Source: Planctomycetota bacterium (GTDB lineage: Bacteria > Planctomycetota > SZUA-567 > H5-PLA8). Taken from it: a stretch of DNA of 64,000 nt. A model generated the notes under the pieces. That model ran no database searches. It saw nothing but the letters and a program-made list of their open reading frames with translations, and was not told the origin of the DNA. Position 1 is the first letter of the stretch, and each line of letters opens with the position of its first letter. Position numbers and translations under genes: made by a program. Below are positions 50,574 through 59,457 of this stretch, one piece after another. The stretch spans positions 10,946 through 74,945 of the forward strand of contig JAHCJK010000002.1 of assembly GCA_026184295.1 (NCBI GenBank), read 5' to 3'.

Positions 50574-52181
50574 TCAGTCCTCGCGCTCGGCGGGTTTTTC
50601 GGCCGGACCTTTTTTCCTGCCTTGGTCGGGAGCCGGTGGCGGTTCGGGCGGCTTGAGGGCGTTGCGCAGCGCGGCCTCCGGCCGCGGGTCCTTGTCGCGA
50701 AGCGCTTCGATCTCCTTCTTGATCTCGTCGAACGATTGCTCGTCGAGGTTCGGGAGCAGGCCTTGCACGCCCTTAAGCAGCAGTTGAATCGCGGCGCCGT
50801 TGACGCCGAGCGCGAGGAAGAAATCGACGGCCTCGGACAGGGAGGCGAATTCTTCCGCGGGGCTCGCAATGTCGAAGCTGTCCGGGAAGGTAATGGAGAT
50901 CGCCTTGGCGTCCGTTTGGCCTTCCGCGCGGCCGATGACTTCGAGCAACCACTGAAAGCCGGCCTGCAGGCAGATGCTGAGGAGAAAGAGAATCCGTTCT
51001 TCCGTGGTCTTGAACGTCCAGGCCTTCGAGACGCCCGACTGTTCGACCGCGACCGGAAGCGCCGCCGCCCCGTTCTTCCCGCCCGCGTCCTTCGCCTTGG
51101 ACACGAGCATCTGATGGATCGTCATGAGGTGCTGGATCGGCTGCGCGTCGGTATGCACGAATTCGAGGGCTTCGCCTTCGTTTCCCGTCAGCGCGTTCTT
51201 GTTCTTAAGCGGAATGAACCGGGAAGTTCCCAGTTCGAGTTCTTCGATCTCATCTTCGGTTCGATCTGTTTTGAGCGTGAGGATCGGGCAGAGCATGTAG
51301 GCCTGCCAAAGCAGTTCGCTCAATACCCACATGGCCGCAACGTCGGCCTGCGCGGCGCCCGCGAGGATCGGACGGCCGATCTTGTCCTTCTTCACCGGGA
51401 AGGGATGGAAAAAGCGGAAGGGAACGATGCCCGCGTTCGCCGCATCGGTAAAGCCGTGCTTGACGGGCGGGAAGGTTTCGATGCTGTATTTGCCGTCCTG
51501 AGTCGGCTGTTCAAGCTCCGTGATCTTGAACAGGGATATGTTCTCCCGGTCCACGATCCGGACGGTGTGGACCTTGACCGGTTTCGCGTTCCAGGTACCG
51601 GCCTCCAGGGAGACTTCGTGGAGCTTCACGTACACCAGGCCTTCGGCGTTCGAGGAGAAGTTGAGAATCTGCTCCGCCGAGTAGATCGCCATGTAGACGC
51701 GGCCGAGATCGCGGCTTTTCTTCTCGGCCATGGAAATCTCTTTACCCTGGAGTTCCTTGGGGACCGGGCGGCGGTCCAGAAGGATGCCGTGAAAGCCGTT
51801 GCACTGATCCAGCTCCGAGGACTTGGCGACGACGTCGAGCAGGGTCATGCCGGAAAGGGTCGCCTGCGTTTCAAGGTACTTCATCGAATCGGGCAGGGTG
51901 ATCGCGGGCGGAGTACGGCAAAGCGCGCCCTGGCGCGACTGGAGAATCCCGGGGGTCTCGGCGAAGACCGGCGTAAGACGCTTGCGCTTATCGTACTCTT
52001 TCTCGTGTTCGTTGAGGTGCTGCGGAAGGTACGTCTCCGTCTTCATGGCCGCGGGGCCTTCGAGCACGTCCTCGACGATCATCCATTGCTTCTGAAGCTC
52101 GTCGAGGTCGGAGCGTTTGGACAATAGCGCAGCCGCCAATTCGTCGGTCTTGGGAACGGCAGCCGGGGTTTGGATCGCCAC
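50574..52181 (-). CDS. phage portal protein
   Basis: 535 aa, directly downstream of terminase large subunit. Confidence 0.65.
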   Translation of the reverse strand: MAIQTPAAVPKTDELAAALLSKRSDLDELQKQWMIVEDVLEGPAAMKTETYLPQHLNEHEKEYDKRKRLTPVFAETPGILQSRQGALCRTPPAITLPDSMKYLETQATLSGMTLLDVVAKSSELDQCNGFHGILLDRRPVPKELQGKEISMAEKKSRDLGRVYMAIYSAEQILNFSSNAEGLVYVKLHEVSLEAGTWNAKPVKVHTVRIVDRENISLFKITELEQPTQDGKYSIETFPPVKHGFTDAANAGIVPFRFFHPFPVKKDKIGRPILAGAAQADVAAMWVLSELLWQAYMLCPILTLKTDRTEDEIEELELGTSRFIPLKNKNALTGNEGEALEFVHTDAQPIQHLMTIHQMLVSKAKDAGGKNGAAALPVAVEQSGVSKAWTFKTTEERILFLLSICLQAGFQWLLEVIGRAEGQTDAKAISITFPDSFDIASPAEEFASLSEAVDFFLALGVNGAAIQLLLKGVQGLLPNLDEQSFDEIKKEIEALRDKDPRPEAALRNALKPPEPPPAPDQGRKKGPAEKPAERED

Positions 52182-52194
52182 TGCTCAACTCCTT

Positions 52195-53700
52195 TTACGC
52201 GCGGGCAAGTTTGCGTCGCAGTTTTCCCGCCCGCCGCCAGTAGCCGTCCGCGGCCTGGCGCGTGCCTTCCAGACAAATGCGGACGCCCTTGCGAACGCGC
52301 GGGTTCTGGAGGCCGGGGAGCGCCACCGCTTCCTTGCCCTTCGCCGTTCCGGCAACCAGCGCGCGAACCAGGTCGATGCCCTGTGCGATCTCGCCTTTGG
52401 TTCCGCCCCTGATTTGACGATGGGCGACGGTGGGCACGTTCATCTGGCCGAGCAGGACAATCGAATCCGGGCGCGAGCGGTCCGCGACCGTGCGCTTGAT
52501 TGTCTCGCCGGCGCTGCGCTCGTAGATGCGGCGCGCGTGGTCCGGGACGCTCAGGCCTTTGCGCGCCGAATCGAGCACGTACATTTCGCGGTAGATGTGG
52601 ATGCGCCCGCGCAGGCCGAAGGTCACGACGGCGTACCGGATCGCGTCCATCGCGTGGTTGTTTTCGTCGGCCGGCTGCCCGTCCGGGCCGTTCGTGTACG
52701 CGAGGAATTCGTTGATCGTCTCGACGCACGACGGATCGACCGTCAGGCCGGGCGCTTCGCCGGGGATCTGCGCGATCCACAGGCAGACGAAGGGATCGAC
52801 GCCGCCAAAGTCGATGGCGCGGTAGCGAACCCAATCGGGGTGTACCGGGATTCGACGGACGAACCGCGCGTCTTCCGTGAAGAGCGCGTAGATGCGGCCT
52901 TCGGCGGACTCGAACGCTTCCTCCGGCGTGCGAGGATATTCCCGCTTCATGTACAGCGGGTCTTCTTCGTGCGATTCCTTTTCCTGCTTGTACCAGGCCT
53001 CGTCGCGCAACGGGTGCGCGTCCCAGCCGTAGAAGACGGGCTTGTATTTTTTCTTGCCGTTCTTCGCGAGCTTCCAAAGCTGGCGAAAGTGCCCGTCCGG
53101 ACCGCCCGAGGTCGTGAGGATGACCAGCTGGCCGTTGCCGGTTTCGAGCGTCGGCTCCGCGGCGTTGAGAATCTTCTTCAGCCACGGCACGTAATCGGCC
53201 TCGTCGATGATGACCAGGTCGGAGGCCAGCGAACGGAGCGCGCGCTTGGTCGGGGCGAAGGAACGAATCCAGGAACCGTGCCTCTTGTAGTTGAATTCGA
53301 GACGCGTCTTGCTGTCGCGCGTCGGGGTGCGCTTCAACCAGGCGGGCAGGTGATCGAGGACGAAGCGGCATTTGTCGAGGAAGTCGGCGGCGAATTCCTT
53401 GTCCTGCGAAATGACCGTAACCGTGTACATGCGGAAGTAGAGCACGCGCCAGACCGCGTAGGCCGCCAGCAGCCAGGTGAAGCCGAGCCGCCGGGCTTTC
53501 AGCAGGAGCAGCCATTCTCCTTTCAAGAGGCCCTGGCTGAATTCCTTCTGGCACGGATAGAGACCGAATGCGATCGGCTTGTGCGTCGCCTTGTCTTCGA
53601 TGAAGCAGAGTTTCGCGCACCAATAAAGGAAACCCGCGAAGCCGGCGACGATGCGCGCGACTTCGTCCTTGATCGATTTCTTGGAGCGCGTCCGGTTCAT
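52195..53700 (-). CDS. phage terminase large subunit
   Basis: 501 aa after trimming ORF 52195..54315 to MNRTRSKK. ATPase region LLLKARRLGFTW; C-terminal nuclease-like region. ATGA overlap with terS. Confidence 0.75.
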   Translation of the reverse strand: MNRTRSKKSIKDEVARIVAGFAGFLYWCAKLCFIEDKATHKPIAFGLYPCQKEFSQGLLKGEWLLLLKARRLGFTWLLAAYAVWRVLYFRMYTVTVISQDKEFAADFLDKCRFVLDHLPAWLKRTPTRDSKTRLEFNYKRHGSWIRSFAPTKRALRSLASDLVIIDEADYVPWLKKILNAAEPTLETGNGQLVILTTSGGPDGHFRQLWKLAKNGKKKYKPVFYGWDAHPLRDEAWYKQEKESHEEDPLYMKREYPRTPEEAFESAEGRIYALFTEDARFVRRIPVHPDWVRYRAIDFGGVDPFVCLWIAQIPGEAPGLTVDPSCVETINEFLAYTNGPDGQPADENNHAMDAIRYAVVTFGLRGRIHIYREMYVLDSARKGLSVPDHARRIYERSAGETIKRTVADRSRPDSIVLLGQMNVPTVAHRQIRGGTKGEIAQGIDLVRALVAGTAKGKEAVALPGLQNPRVRKGVRICLEGTRQAADGYWRRAGKLRRKLARA

Positions 53701-54158
53701 CAGAGGTCTTCCAGCGTGGGACCGTCCAGCGGCGCGGCCTTTCGCGACGCGGCCGGCTCCGGCCGCGGCTTCTGGCGGATGCGTTCGATTTCGCGAAGGA
53801 GGCGCGTGTAGAGTTCGACGAGCGTGCTGTCCTTCAGGTTCTGCAAGCGCGGCAATACTTGTTCCTGAACCTTCTTCAGAATGTCGAGGTCGCGCCCGCG
53901 GCTGGACGTGAGTTCCTCGCGCGCGCGGACTTCTTCCTTGGCCTGCGCGGCGTCTTCTTCGATGGCCTTCAGGCGCCGCGATTCGTCGTCGTAGATTTTC
54001 TCGAAGGCCTCCTCTTCCCGCATGCGGCGGATCGTCGCTTCGCCGATCTTGTCGAAGGTCTCGTACTCGGTGCGCAGCGCGCGGGCCGCGGCGCGAATGT
54101 TTCCGCCGGCGCGCGCGAGCTCGCGGGCGATGAGACGCTTTTGTCGGGGGGTGTACAT
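53700..54158 (-). CDS. phage terminase small subunit candidate (HTH)
   Basis: 152 aa, N-terminal HTH-like RQKRLIARELARAGGNIRAAARAL, coiled-coil; stop overlaps terL start. Confidence 0.55.
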   Translation of the reverse strand: MYTPRQKRLIARELARAGGNIRAAARALRTEYETFDKIGEATIRRMREEEAFEKIYDDESRRLKAIEEDAAQAKEEVRAREELTSSRGRDLDILKKVQEQVLPRLQNLKDSTLVELYTRLLREIERIRQKPRPEPAASRKAAPLDGPTLEDL

Positions 54159-54244
54159 GTTCGAAGAGGAGAAGCCGGGGAACGCGCGCGGGACGGGTCT
54201 GCTTTCGCTGCGCGCCCGCCGTTCCAGCCGGCCTCCCCAGCCTT

Positions 54245-54565
54245 TCAGGCGTGGAAGAGTTGTTCGACGTGCGAGGCCTTGGGATCGTCCTCCGGACGGT
54301 TGCCGTCCTGGTCAAGGTTCCCGTGATTTAACGCCCGCCGTTCTTTGCGAATCCAGTCGCGCATGCGCCAGTTCACGCGGCTGCGCCACCATGCGTAGGT
54401 ATGCCGGCCGGGGATTTCGAGGACGATCACGGCCGCGTGCTGCTTGAGATCGTCCTGCGTGGCCGCGTCGCCCGGCGCGATCCGGCGGGAAGCGATCCGG
54501 ATGTCGCGCGAAAGCTGGCGGCTCGCGCACATTTCCTGAGCGGAGAACCGCGGTTTCGTTTTCAT
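54245..54565 (-). CDS. phage hypothetical protein (106 aa)
   Basis: Start overlaps stop of 54562..54867. Confidence 0.4.
   Translation of the reverse strand: MKTKPRFSAQEMCASRQLSRDIRIASRRIAPGDAATQDDLKQHAAVIVLEIPGRHTYAWWRSRVNWRMRDWIRKERRALNHGNLDQDGNRPEDDPKASHVEQLFHA
54326..54334 (-). promoter_or_regulatory. GATTTAACG motif copy (CCCGTGATTTAACGCC)
   Basis: ~170 nt upstream of terS start. Confidence 0.45.
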
Positions 54566-54867
54566 CGGTAGCCCTGGCGGGTGAGTTCGGCGTCCACGGC
54601 ATGCGCGGCAAAGCCCATCAGCGCGCCGAGAAATACGGGGGAGCCCTTCGCGTGGTAGAACCAGGCGTCTTTGCCCTGGTCGTCGATCCGCATGAGACCG
54701 ATCAACAGCGCGGGGCAGCGCGCTTGAAGTTCGTCCACGAGTTCTTCGGAGGTCGCGAAGGAAAGGGGACGCAGGGAACGCCGCCGGACTTCTTCGAGGA
54801 GTTCAACGTTGGAAAGTTTGGCGGGCGAAACTACGCGTGAACTTCGGCGGGTCTTGGATCGAGGCAT
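54562..54867 (-). CDS. phage hypothetical protein (101 aa)
   Basis: Compact ORF. Confidence 0.4.
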   Translation of the reverse strand: MPRSKTRRSSRVVSPAKLSNVELLEEVRRRSLRPLSFATSEELVDELQARCPALLIGLMRIDDQGKDAWFYHAKGSPVFLGALMGFAAHAVDAELTRQGYR

Positions 54868-54955
54868 CCGGCGCGCGCTCCCGTTCGTCCCCCCATTAAC
54901 GCTCGAAAGGGGGCGGGGAAAACGCGCGCGGTCGCGGAAGGACGCGGCGGGACGT

Positions 54956-55360
54956 TCAGGCCTGGAGGAAGCGGTCCAACATGCCGTGTTCGAAGGAAAG
55001 GCCGCACTGCCAGATCTCGCGGAGATCGGCCAGGCCGGCGTGCCAGTCCCAATGCTGCAGGCGGAGCGCGTTCAGAAGGCAGGCGGCGAAAGCGGTGTCG
55101 GTGTCGATTTCGACCGTGATTTCGGAGGATGTCCGAAGAGCTTTTATAAGCACGTTACAATCTTCGAGCCGGAAACATGAAGGGTCCGCGGTGAAGTTCG
55201 GCCCGGCCTCGGCGAAGTCCTCGGCGTCGAGTTCGTGCGAGACTTCGGCGAGGACCACGTCCATTTCGATCAGAGCGATCCGTACGCCGATGCCGACGCG
55301 CGCGCCCCAGCGGTCGCGCGCGTAGCCTAGTGTTTCAAGCCTGAGGGTAAGCCGGTTCAT
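54956..55360 (-). CDS. phage hypothetical protein (134 aa)
   Basis: Acidic; overlaps HTH gene by 26 nt. Confidence 0.45.
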   Translation of the reverse strand: MNRLTLRLETLGYARDRWGARVGIGVRIALIEMDVVLAEVSHELDAEDFAEAGPNFTADPSCFRLEDCNVLIKALRTSSEITVEIDTDTAFAACLLNALRLQHWDWHAGLADLREIWQCGLSFEHGMLDRFLQA

Positions 55361-55562
55361 TGCCGAGGTTCTCGTCGGCCTTCCGCCGCATGCGTTCCAG
55401 GTAGGCGTTGAGAGAGACGCGCGGGACGAACCAGATGCCGCCTTGCCGGAAGCCCGGAAGCGCGCGGTCGCGGAGAAGCTCCCGGACCTGTTTGGAAGAC
55501 ATGTTCAGGATGGACGCGACTTCATGCGTTCGAAGCCATTCGCTTGCTCCCATGCCCGGCAT
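55335..55562 (-). CDS. excisionase-family / AlpA-like helix-turn-helix DNA-binding protein
   Basis: LRTHEVASILNMSSKQVRELLRDRALPGFRQGGIWFVPRVSLNAYL matches excisionase-family HTH pattern. Confidence 0.6.
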   Translation of the reverse strand: MPGMGASEWLRTHEVASILNMSSKQVRELLRDRALPGFRQGGIWFVPRVSLNAYLERMRRKADENLGNEPAYPQA

Positions 55563-55595
55563 TATATCATGGGGCGCAGCGCTTTCGTGAAACGG

Positions 55596-56009
55596 CTATT
55601 TGGTATTCCAGTCCGCTTTCTGGTTTTTGCGGCCGGCGGCTTCCATTTCCTTCTGCGTGCGTTCGAAGGCCGCGCGCTTCGAAGGGTCCTGGAGCGCTTC
55701 CTTGTTCGCCGCGGAACGTTCGTAGAAGGCGCGAACTTCCTGCGCTACCGCTTGGGCCGTCGCCCGGGCAGCGGCGGGGTTTTCCTGCATGCGCGCATCC
55801 ATCCATTCGCGGATCGCGCCGGCCGAGGGCCGGACCGTGGCGCCTTCCAGGCTCTTCAACTTCGCGGCGGCGATGTTCGGTTCCGCCGTCATGAGATCGA
55901 CGTCGGCCGCGAAGGTGTCCGGAGCCGGACTTGGCGCGGTGCTTGGCTTGTTGGCGTTGCCGCATCCAAGGCAAACGAGCAGGGCCAGAAGGCCGATGGA
56001 TTTTCGCAT
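55596..56009 (-). CDS. phage-encoded lipoprotein
   Basis: MRKSIGLLALLVCLGCG lipobox (LGC). Confidence 0.55.
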   Translation of the reverse strand: MRKSIGLLALLVCLGCGNANKPSTAPSPAPDTFAADVDLMTAEPNIAAAKLKSLEGATVRPSAGAIREWMDARMQENPAAARATAQAVAQEVRAFYERSAANKEALQDPSKRAAFERTQKEMEAAGRKNQKADWNTK

Positions 56010-56060
56010 GAGCTTCCTCCTGATAGAACAGTTTAGAAAGCGTAGGGCCGCGGTTCAACA

Positions 56061-56906
56061 TCAGAGGTGACTGAAAAGGCTTGCTTGATTTGCTTGCGCG
56101 CGTTGGTTCAGCCAAAGACATTCGATGCGAGGTCTCGCTCCATCCGCATAGGTTTTTCTGTCGATCCTCTTCCACGATTGAAGGATCCGGCCGTATTCAA
56201 GGCTAGGATAGCCGCTCAAGATGATGGCGCCCTTCAACCCCAAAAGAAATTTTAGAAGTGCGAGGTGATCTTCCAAACTCATTTCGAATCGATAGGCATG
56301 GTATTTTTCTCCTGACTTCCTACTCTTCGTTGAGCGGGTTTCGGGGAGGTATGGGGGATCGACGTAGTGCAAGGTTTCAGATGAATCAAAATCTGCCATG
56401 ACCTCAAGCGCCGGACGATTTTCAATTACTACGCCGGAAAAGCGTTCTATTGTTCTTACAAGACTTTCGGGATAATTCCTCCAATCGTGCGCAGGTGTGG
56501 AACCGCTTTTATTACTGTCGCTTCTAAATCCTGTCCTTACGTCGCGGTTAAAACCGTCCGAACCGAACCCCATGAAGGATCGAATTATCAGGCGGCGTGC
56601 TTCTTCGACTTCATCGTTTGAGATCTCGTACGCTTCCTTGAATTCGCGACGGGAAAAAGGAGTCAGCTTTAGTGAATTGATCAGTTCGCTTGAACGTTCG
56701 CTTCGAAGAACTCGAAACAAATTCACAACCAAATCGTCGAGGTCGTTATACACCTCTGCATATGAACGAGGCTTTCGAAGTAGAACGCTAGCCGCGCCAC
56801 CGTAGGGCTCAACGTAGACTCGGTGCTTCGGAAAGTTTCCAATAATCCAGGGCGCCAACATCCACTTTCCACCGTGCCATCTGAGAACGGGCCGCTTTAC
56901 CTTCAT
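56061..56906 (-). CDS. dam: DNA adenine methyltransferase (Dam-like, N6-adenine, D12 class), orphan
   Basis: RWHGGK SAM-binding motif, DPPY catalytic motif. Distinctly lower GC than flanks; no restriction enzyme partner. Confidence 0.85.
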   Translation of the reverse strand: MKVKRPVLRWHGGKWMLAPWIIGNFPKHRVYVEPYGGAASVLLRKPRSYAEVYNDLDDLVVNLFRVLRSERSSELINSLKLTPFSRREFKEAYEISNDEVEEARRLIIRSFMGFGSDGFNRDVRTGFRSDSNKSGSTPAHDWRNYPESLVRTIERFSGVVIENRPALEVMADFDSSETLHYVDPPYLPETRSTKSRKSGEKYHAYRFEMSLEDHLALLKFLLGLKGAIILSGYPSLEYGRILQSWKRIDRKTYADGARPRIECLWLNQRAQANQASLFSHL

Positions 56907-57187
56907 ATCCCGTCTCCGTGCATGAAGCCTTTGAACCGGCAGGGCCGGCGGCGAGGCTTGGGCTTGCAGAGTTCGCGGACGGCGGCGAAGGGTTCGTCGG
57001 CGCCGAGCTTCTCTTCGAGGCGTGTCCAGTCCTTGGCGTTCGGCAGCTTGCCCTTCGCGCGCAGCCAGCCGTTGAGCTTCGTGAGGCCGAGGCCGAGCCG
57101 CGAGGCGAAGACGGCCTGGCTCTTGATGCCGAGCGTATGCATGCGGGCTCGCAAGAATTCCGCGAGACGCTGCGCGGGGGGATGCAT
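56903..57187 (-). CDS. XRE-family helix-turn-helix protein
   Basis: LAEFLRARMHTLGIKSQAVFASRLGLGLTKLNGWLRAKGKLP HTH. ATGA overlap with dam. Confidence 0.55.
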   Translation of the reverse strand: MHPPAQRLAEFLRARMHTLGIKSQAVFASRLGLGLTKLNGWLRAKGKLPNAKDWTRLEEKLGADEPFAAVRELCKPKPRRRPCRFKGFMHGDGI

Positions 57188-57255
57188 GTAGTTGTCCGGT
57201 TCCTTTCTCGTTGAACCCGCGCGCTCCCCCCGAAGCGGTGCGGGCTCGATTCGCG

Positions 57256-57663
57256 TCAGTACGGAGCGTTCTCCGCTTCCTTGCGTTCGCGCTTCAGCCG
57301 TTCCGAGACCAGCGCGCCGGCGATGCAGTTGATGGCGATTTCCAATTTGACCCCTTCGCTTTCTTCCCGCTTTGCATAGGGAGCGAAGTGCAGGTGAAGA
57401 AGCTCGTGCACGAGCGTCTCTTCGGAACTCGGCGGCGGGATGAAGTTCAGGGCCTCGGGCAACGTGTCATGATTTACGAGTTTGATCCGCGCCATCTTGT
57501 GATTCGCGCACCAATCGACCTCGCCAAAGTCGCCCTCTTTCAAGTTGCCGTGGTTGGTGAAGGCGACGGAAATCTTCCAGTCCTGCAGCCGTAGCGCGCG
57601 TTGCCAGTATTCGAGCAAGCGCTCCAGGTCTCGCTGCGCGAATTCCTTCTGGAGATCGTCCAT
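57256..57663 (-). CDS. HExxH zinc-metallopeptidase-like protein (ImmA/IrrE-like candidate)
   Basis: TLVHELLHLHF motif; adjacent to XRE HTH gene. Start MDDLQKEF chosen. Confidence 0.5.
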   Translation of the reverse strand: MDDLQKEFAQRDLERLLEYWQRALRLQDWKISVAFTNHGNLKEGDFGEVDWCANHKMARIKLVNHDTLPEALNFIPPPSSEETLVHELLHLHFAPYAKREESEGVKLEIAINCIAGALVSERLKRERKEAENAPY

Positions 57664-57686
57664 GTATCGCTGTTTCCTTTCCAGTA

Positions 57687-58184
57687 TCAGGCGTTCGCCG
57701 GCACGCGGGTTCGGAGTTCGCTGAGCAGCTTCCACTTCTGCCAGCGGTTGAGTTGGCCGAGGGCGCGTTGGCCGAACTTGAATTTGCCGCTCTTCTGAAT
57801 CATCGCTTCGAAGTAGGCCTCGGGCTGGCGGACGCCGAGGCGCTGCCATTCGAGGTCAATCGCGGCGTCGAGCTTCGTCTTCTTGCCGGCGAGGAGATCG
57901 AGCAGGTACGCGGCCTGCGTGCCGAGCAGTTCGTTGAACGACGAGAGCCGGTTTTCGCCGAGGTAGTGCCGCGCCCATTCGATCCGGCCGTCGCGCGAAG
58001 CGCCGAAGGGCTGCCGGCGGATGAGATCGCAGGTGCGCGGATCGTTCTCCCGCGCGAGCTTTTCGTACTCCGTCAGCAGCGCGACCACGGTCGCGCGCGA
58101 GGCCTTGTGGCTCTCCGCGTTCGGCCTGCCGAAGCCCGAACGCGAACGCCGGTAGCCGTAGAGGCCCGGATTGGACCAGCCCAT
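57687..58184 (-). CDS. phage hypothetical protein (165 aa)
   Basis: Clean composition. Confidence 0.45.
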   Translation of the reverse strand: MGWSNPGLYGYRRSRSGFGRPNAESHKASRATVVALLTEYEKLARENDPRTCDLIRRQPFGASRDGRIEWARHYLGENRLSSFNELLGTQAAYLLDLLAGKKTKLDAAIDLEWQRLGVRQPEAYFEAMIQKSGKFKFGQRALGQLNRWQKWKLLSELRTRVPANA

Positions 58185-58275
58185 CGTTCAACGCTCCTTC
58201 CGTCTGTATCCGCGCATGCGCCGCGCGGCTTCTTTCCCGTTCGTTCGCAGCCCCGGCCTCGGCCGGCGGCGTTTG

Positions 58276-58641
58276 CTAAGCAGCTTCATTCTTGCGCTTC
58301 CGAGCACTTACGTATTTGAATTCGATACAGGTAACTTTCCGTCTCGGAATGCACTTCATATGCCTGCAAAACATCGCTACAAATTGCGCCGAATTCAGGG
58401 CGGGAAATCCTTCTTTGATTACATCCTCCTGACTGATGTGGTTCAGCGGTTCTCGCCAAACGCGCGTAAAAACGATCTGAGCAATCCTCTCGACCTTCTC
58501 TCCCTTTTTCAGGCCCTGACCCTTCACGATTGCCATAACTGTGTCGCCTGCTTTCGCATCCTCCCAACCGAGTCGCCTGGTCTGCGTCTTGCTCTGATTT
58601 CGAACCTGCTTTTGTGTGTGGAAAAAGCTCATGTGCCGCAT
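58276..58641 (-). CDS. ASCH (PUA-like) domain protein, low GC
   Basis: KTQTRRLGWEDAKAGDTVMAIV resembles the GRKTxTxR...GD ASCH signature. Confidence 0.55.
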   Translation of the reverse strand: MRHMSFFHTQKQVRNQSKTQTRRLGWEDAKAGDTVMAIVKGQGLKKGEKVERIAQIVFTRVWREPLNHISQEDVIKEGFPALNSAQFVAMFCRHMKCIPRRKVTCIEFKYVSARKRKNEAA

Positions 58642-58658
58642 TCGGACGTTTTCTCCTT

Positions 58659-59165
58659 TCAGTCCATCATCTTCGCCATGCCCTGGAATTCGGGCTCCGC
58701 GGTCCAGTTGCCTTTGCCGAACTTTTTGTCGAGGTAGTCTTGCCAGTGCATCCACATCGGATCGCCGTCCGCGGTCTTGCAGTGGAAGCCCCAATCGCGG
58801 CGCTTCCTGCCCACGAAGACGAGCGTCCAGGTCGATCCGCGCGGGCCGGGCACGCCGCCCATTCGTTCGGCGTAATCCGCGGGGAGTTCGACCATGTGCG
58901 CGTCTTCGGCGCGGTGGAAGACCACGGCGCCCGGGCGCCGGAAGCGGATCGACTTGTCGGGGAAATGTTCGACGTAGCCGCCGCGCAGGATCACCGAGAG
59001 AAACGACCACGGATGATCGTGGAGATCCCGGTCCTCGTCGCTGCGCATGATTTCGTGCAGGTAGACCCCCACGGGAAACCAGCGCGACTTCACGAGGTAG
59101 TAGCGGCGCAGATACGCCTGGCCCTGCGCGTTCTCGATGACGAACGACGGCAGGCGGCGAAGCAT
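58659..59165 (-). CDS. phage hypothetical protein (HDHPWSF motif), possible TTG start at 59186
   Basis: AAGGAG 8 nt upstream of TTG 59186; first ATG 59165. Confidence 0.5.
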   Translation of the reverse strand: MLRRLPSFVIENAQGQAYLRRYYLVKSRWFPVGVYLHEIMRSDEDRDLHDHPWSFLSVILRGGYVEHFPDKSIRFRRPGAVVFHRAEDAHMVELPADYAERMGGVPGPRGSTWTLVFVGRKRRDWGFHCKTADGDPMWMHWQDYLDKKFGKGNWTAEPEFQGMAKMMD

Positions 59166-59190
59166 CCAGTTCACGAGACGATTCAAGCGA

Positions 59191-59209
59191 AGTGCTCCTT
59201 TTGTTTGGT
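59191..59209 (-). repeat. 19-nt repeat GTGCTCCTTTTGTTTGGTG (copy 1), contains SD AAGGAG on minus strand
   Basis: Identical copy at 59468-59486. Both lie immediately upstream of minus-strand gene starts. Confidence 0.6.
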
Positions 59210-59211
59210 GC

Positions 59212-59457
59212 CTAAACGCGATCGGCTTGAATGGGGCGGAAGGCGGATGCCTTGCTTGGAGATCGCCGATTTTCAAGCTCGATGGTTCTCTTCTTTTTGC
59301 ATTGGGTGCAATCGTCGGGTGAGGCCAAATCGTCGGAGTCGAATTTGTCGCCGAGGTAGCCCCACTTCCCGCAAAGGGAACGTCCATTGCGAAAGAAATG
59401 CGCCTTTCTTGAATTGATGGGGAAGAACCAGCCTTCCGACTTCGTGTTGGTTTCCAT
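59212..59457 (-). CDS. small phage protein with Cys4-like zinc-binding motif (81 aa)
   Basis: CGKW...CTQC; low GC. Confidence 0.45.
   Translation of the reverse strand: METNTKSEGWFFPINSRKAHFFRNGRSLCGKWGYLGDKFDSDDLASPDDCTQCKKKRTIELENRRSPSKASAFRPIQADRV

Noticed and set aside
50379-52127. plus-strand ORF with GAAAGGAGGG upstream (50411-50420)
   Set aside because: No ATG at proper spacing and the translated product is RGA-rich. The minus strand encodes the portal protein.
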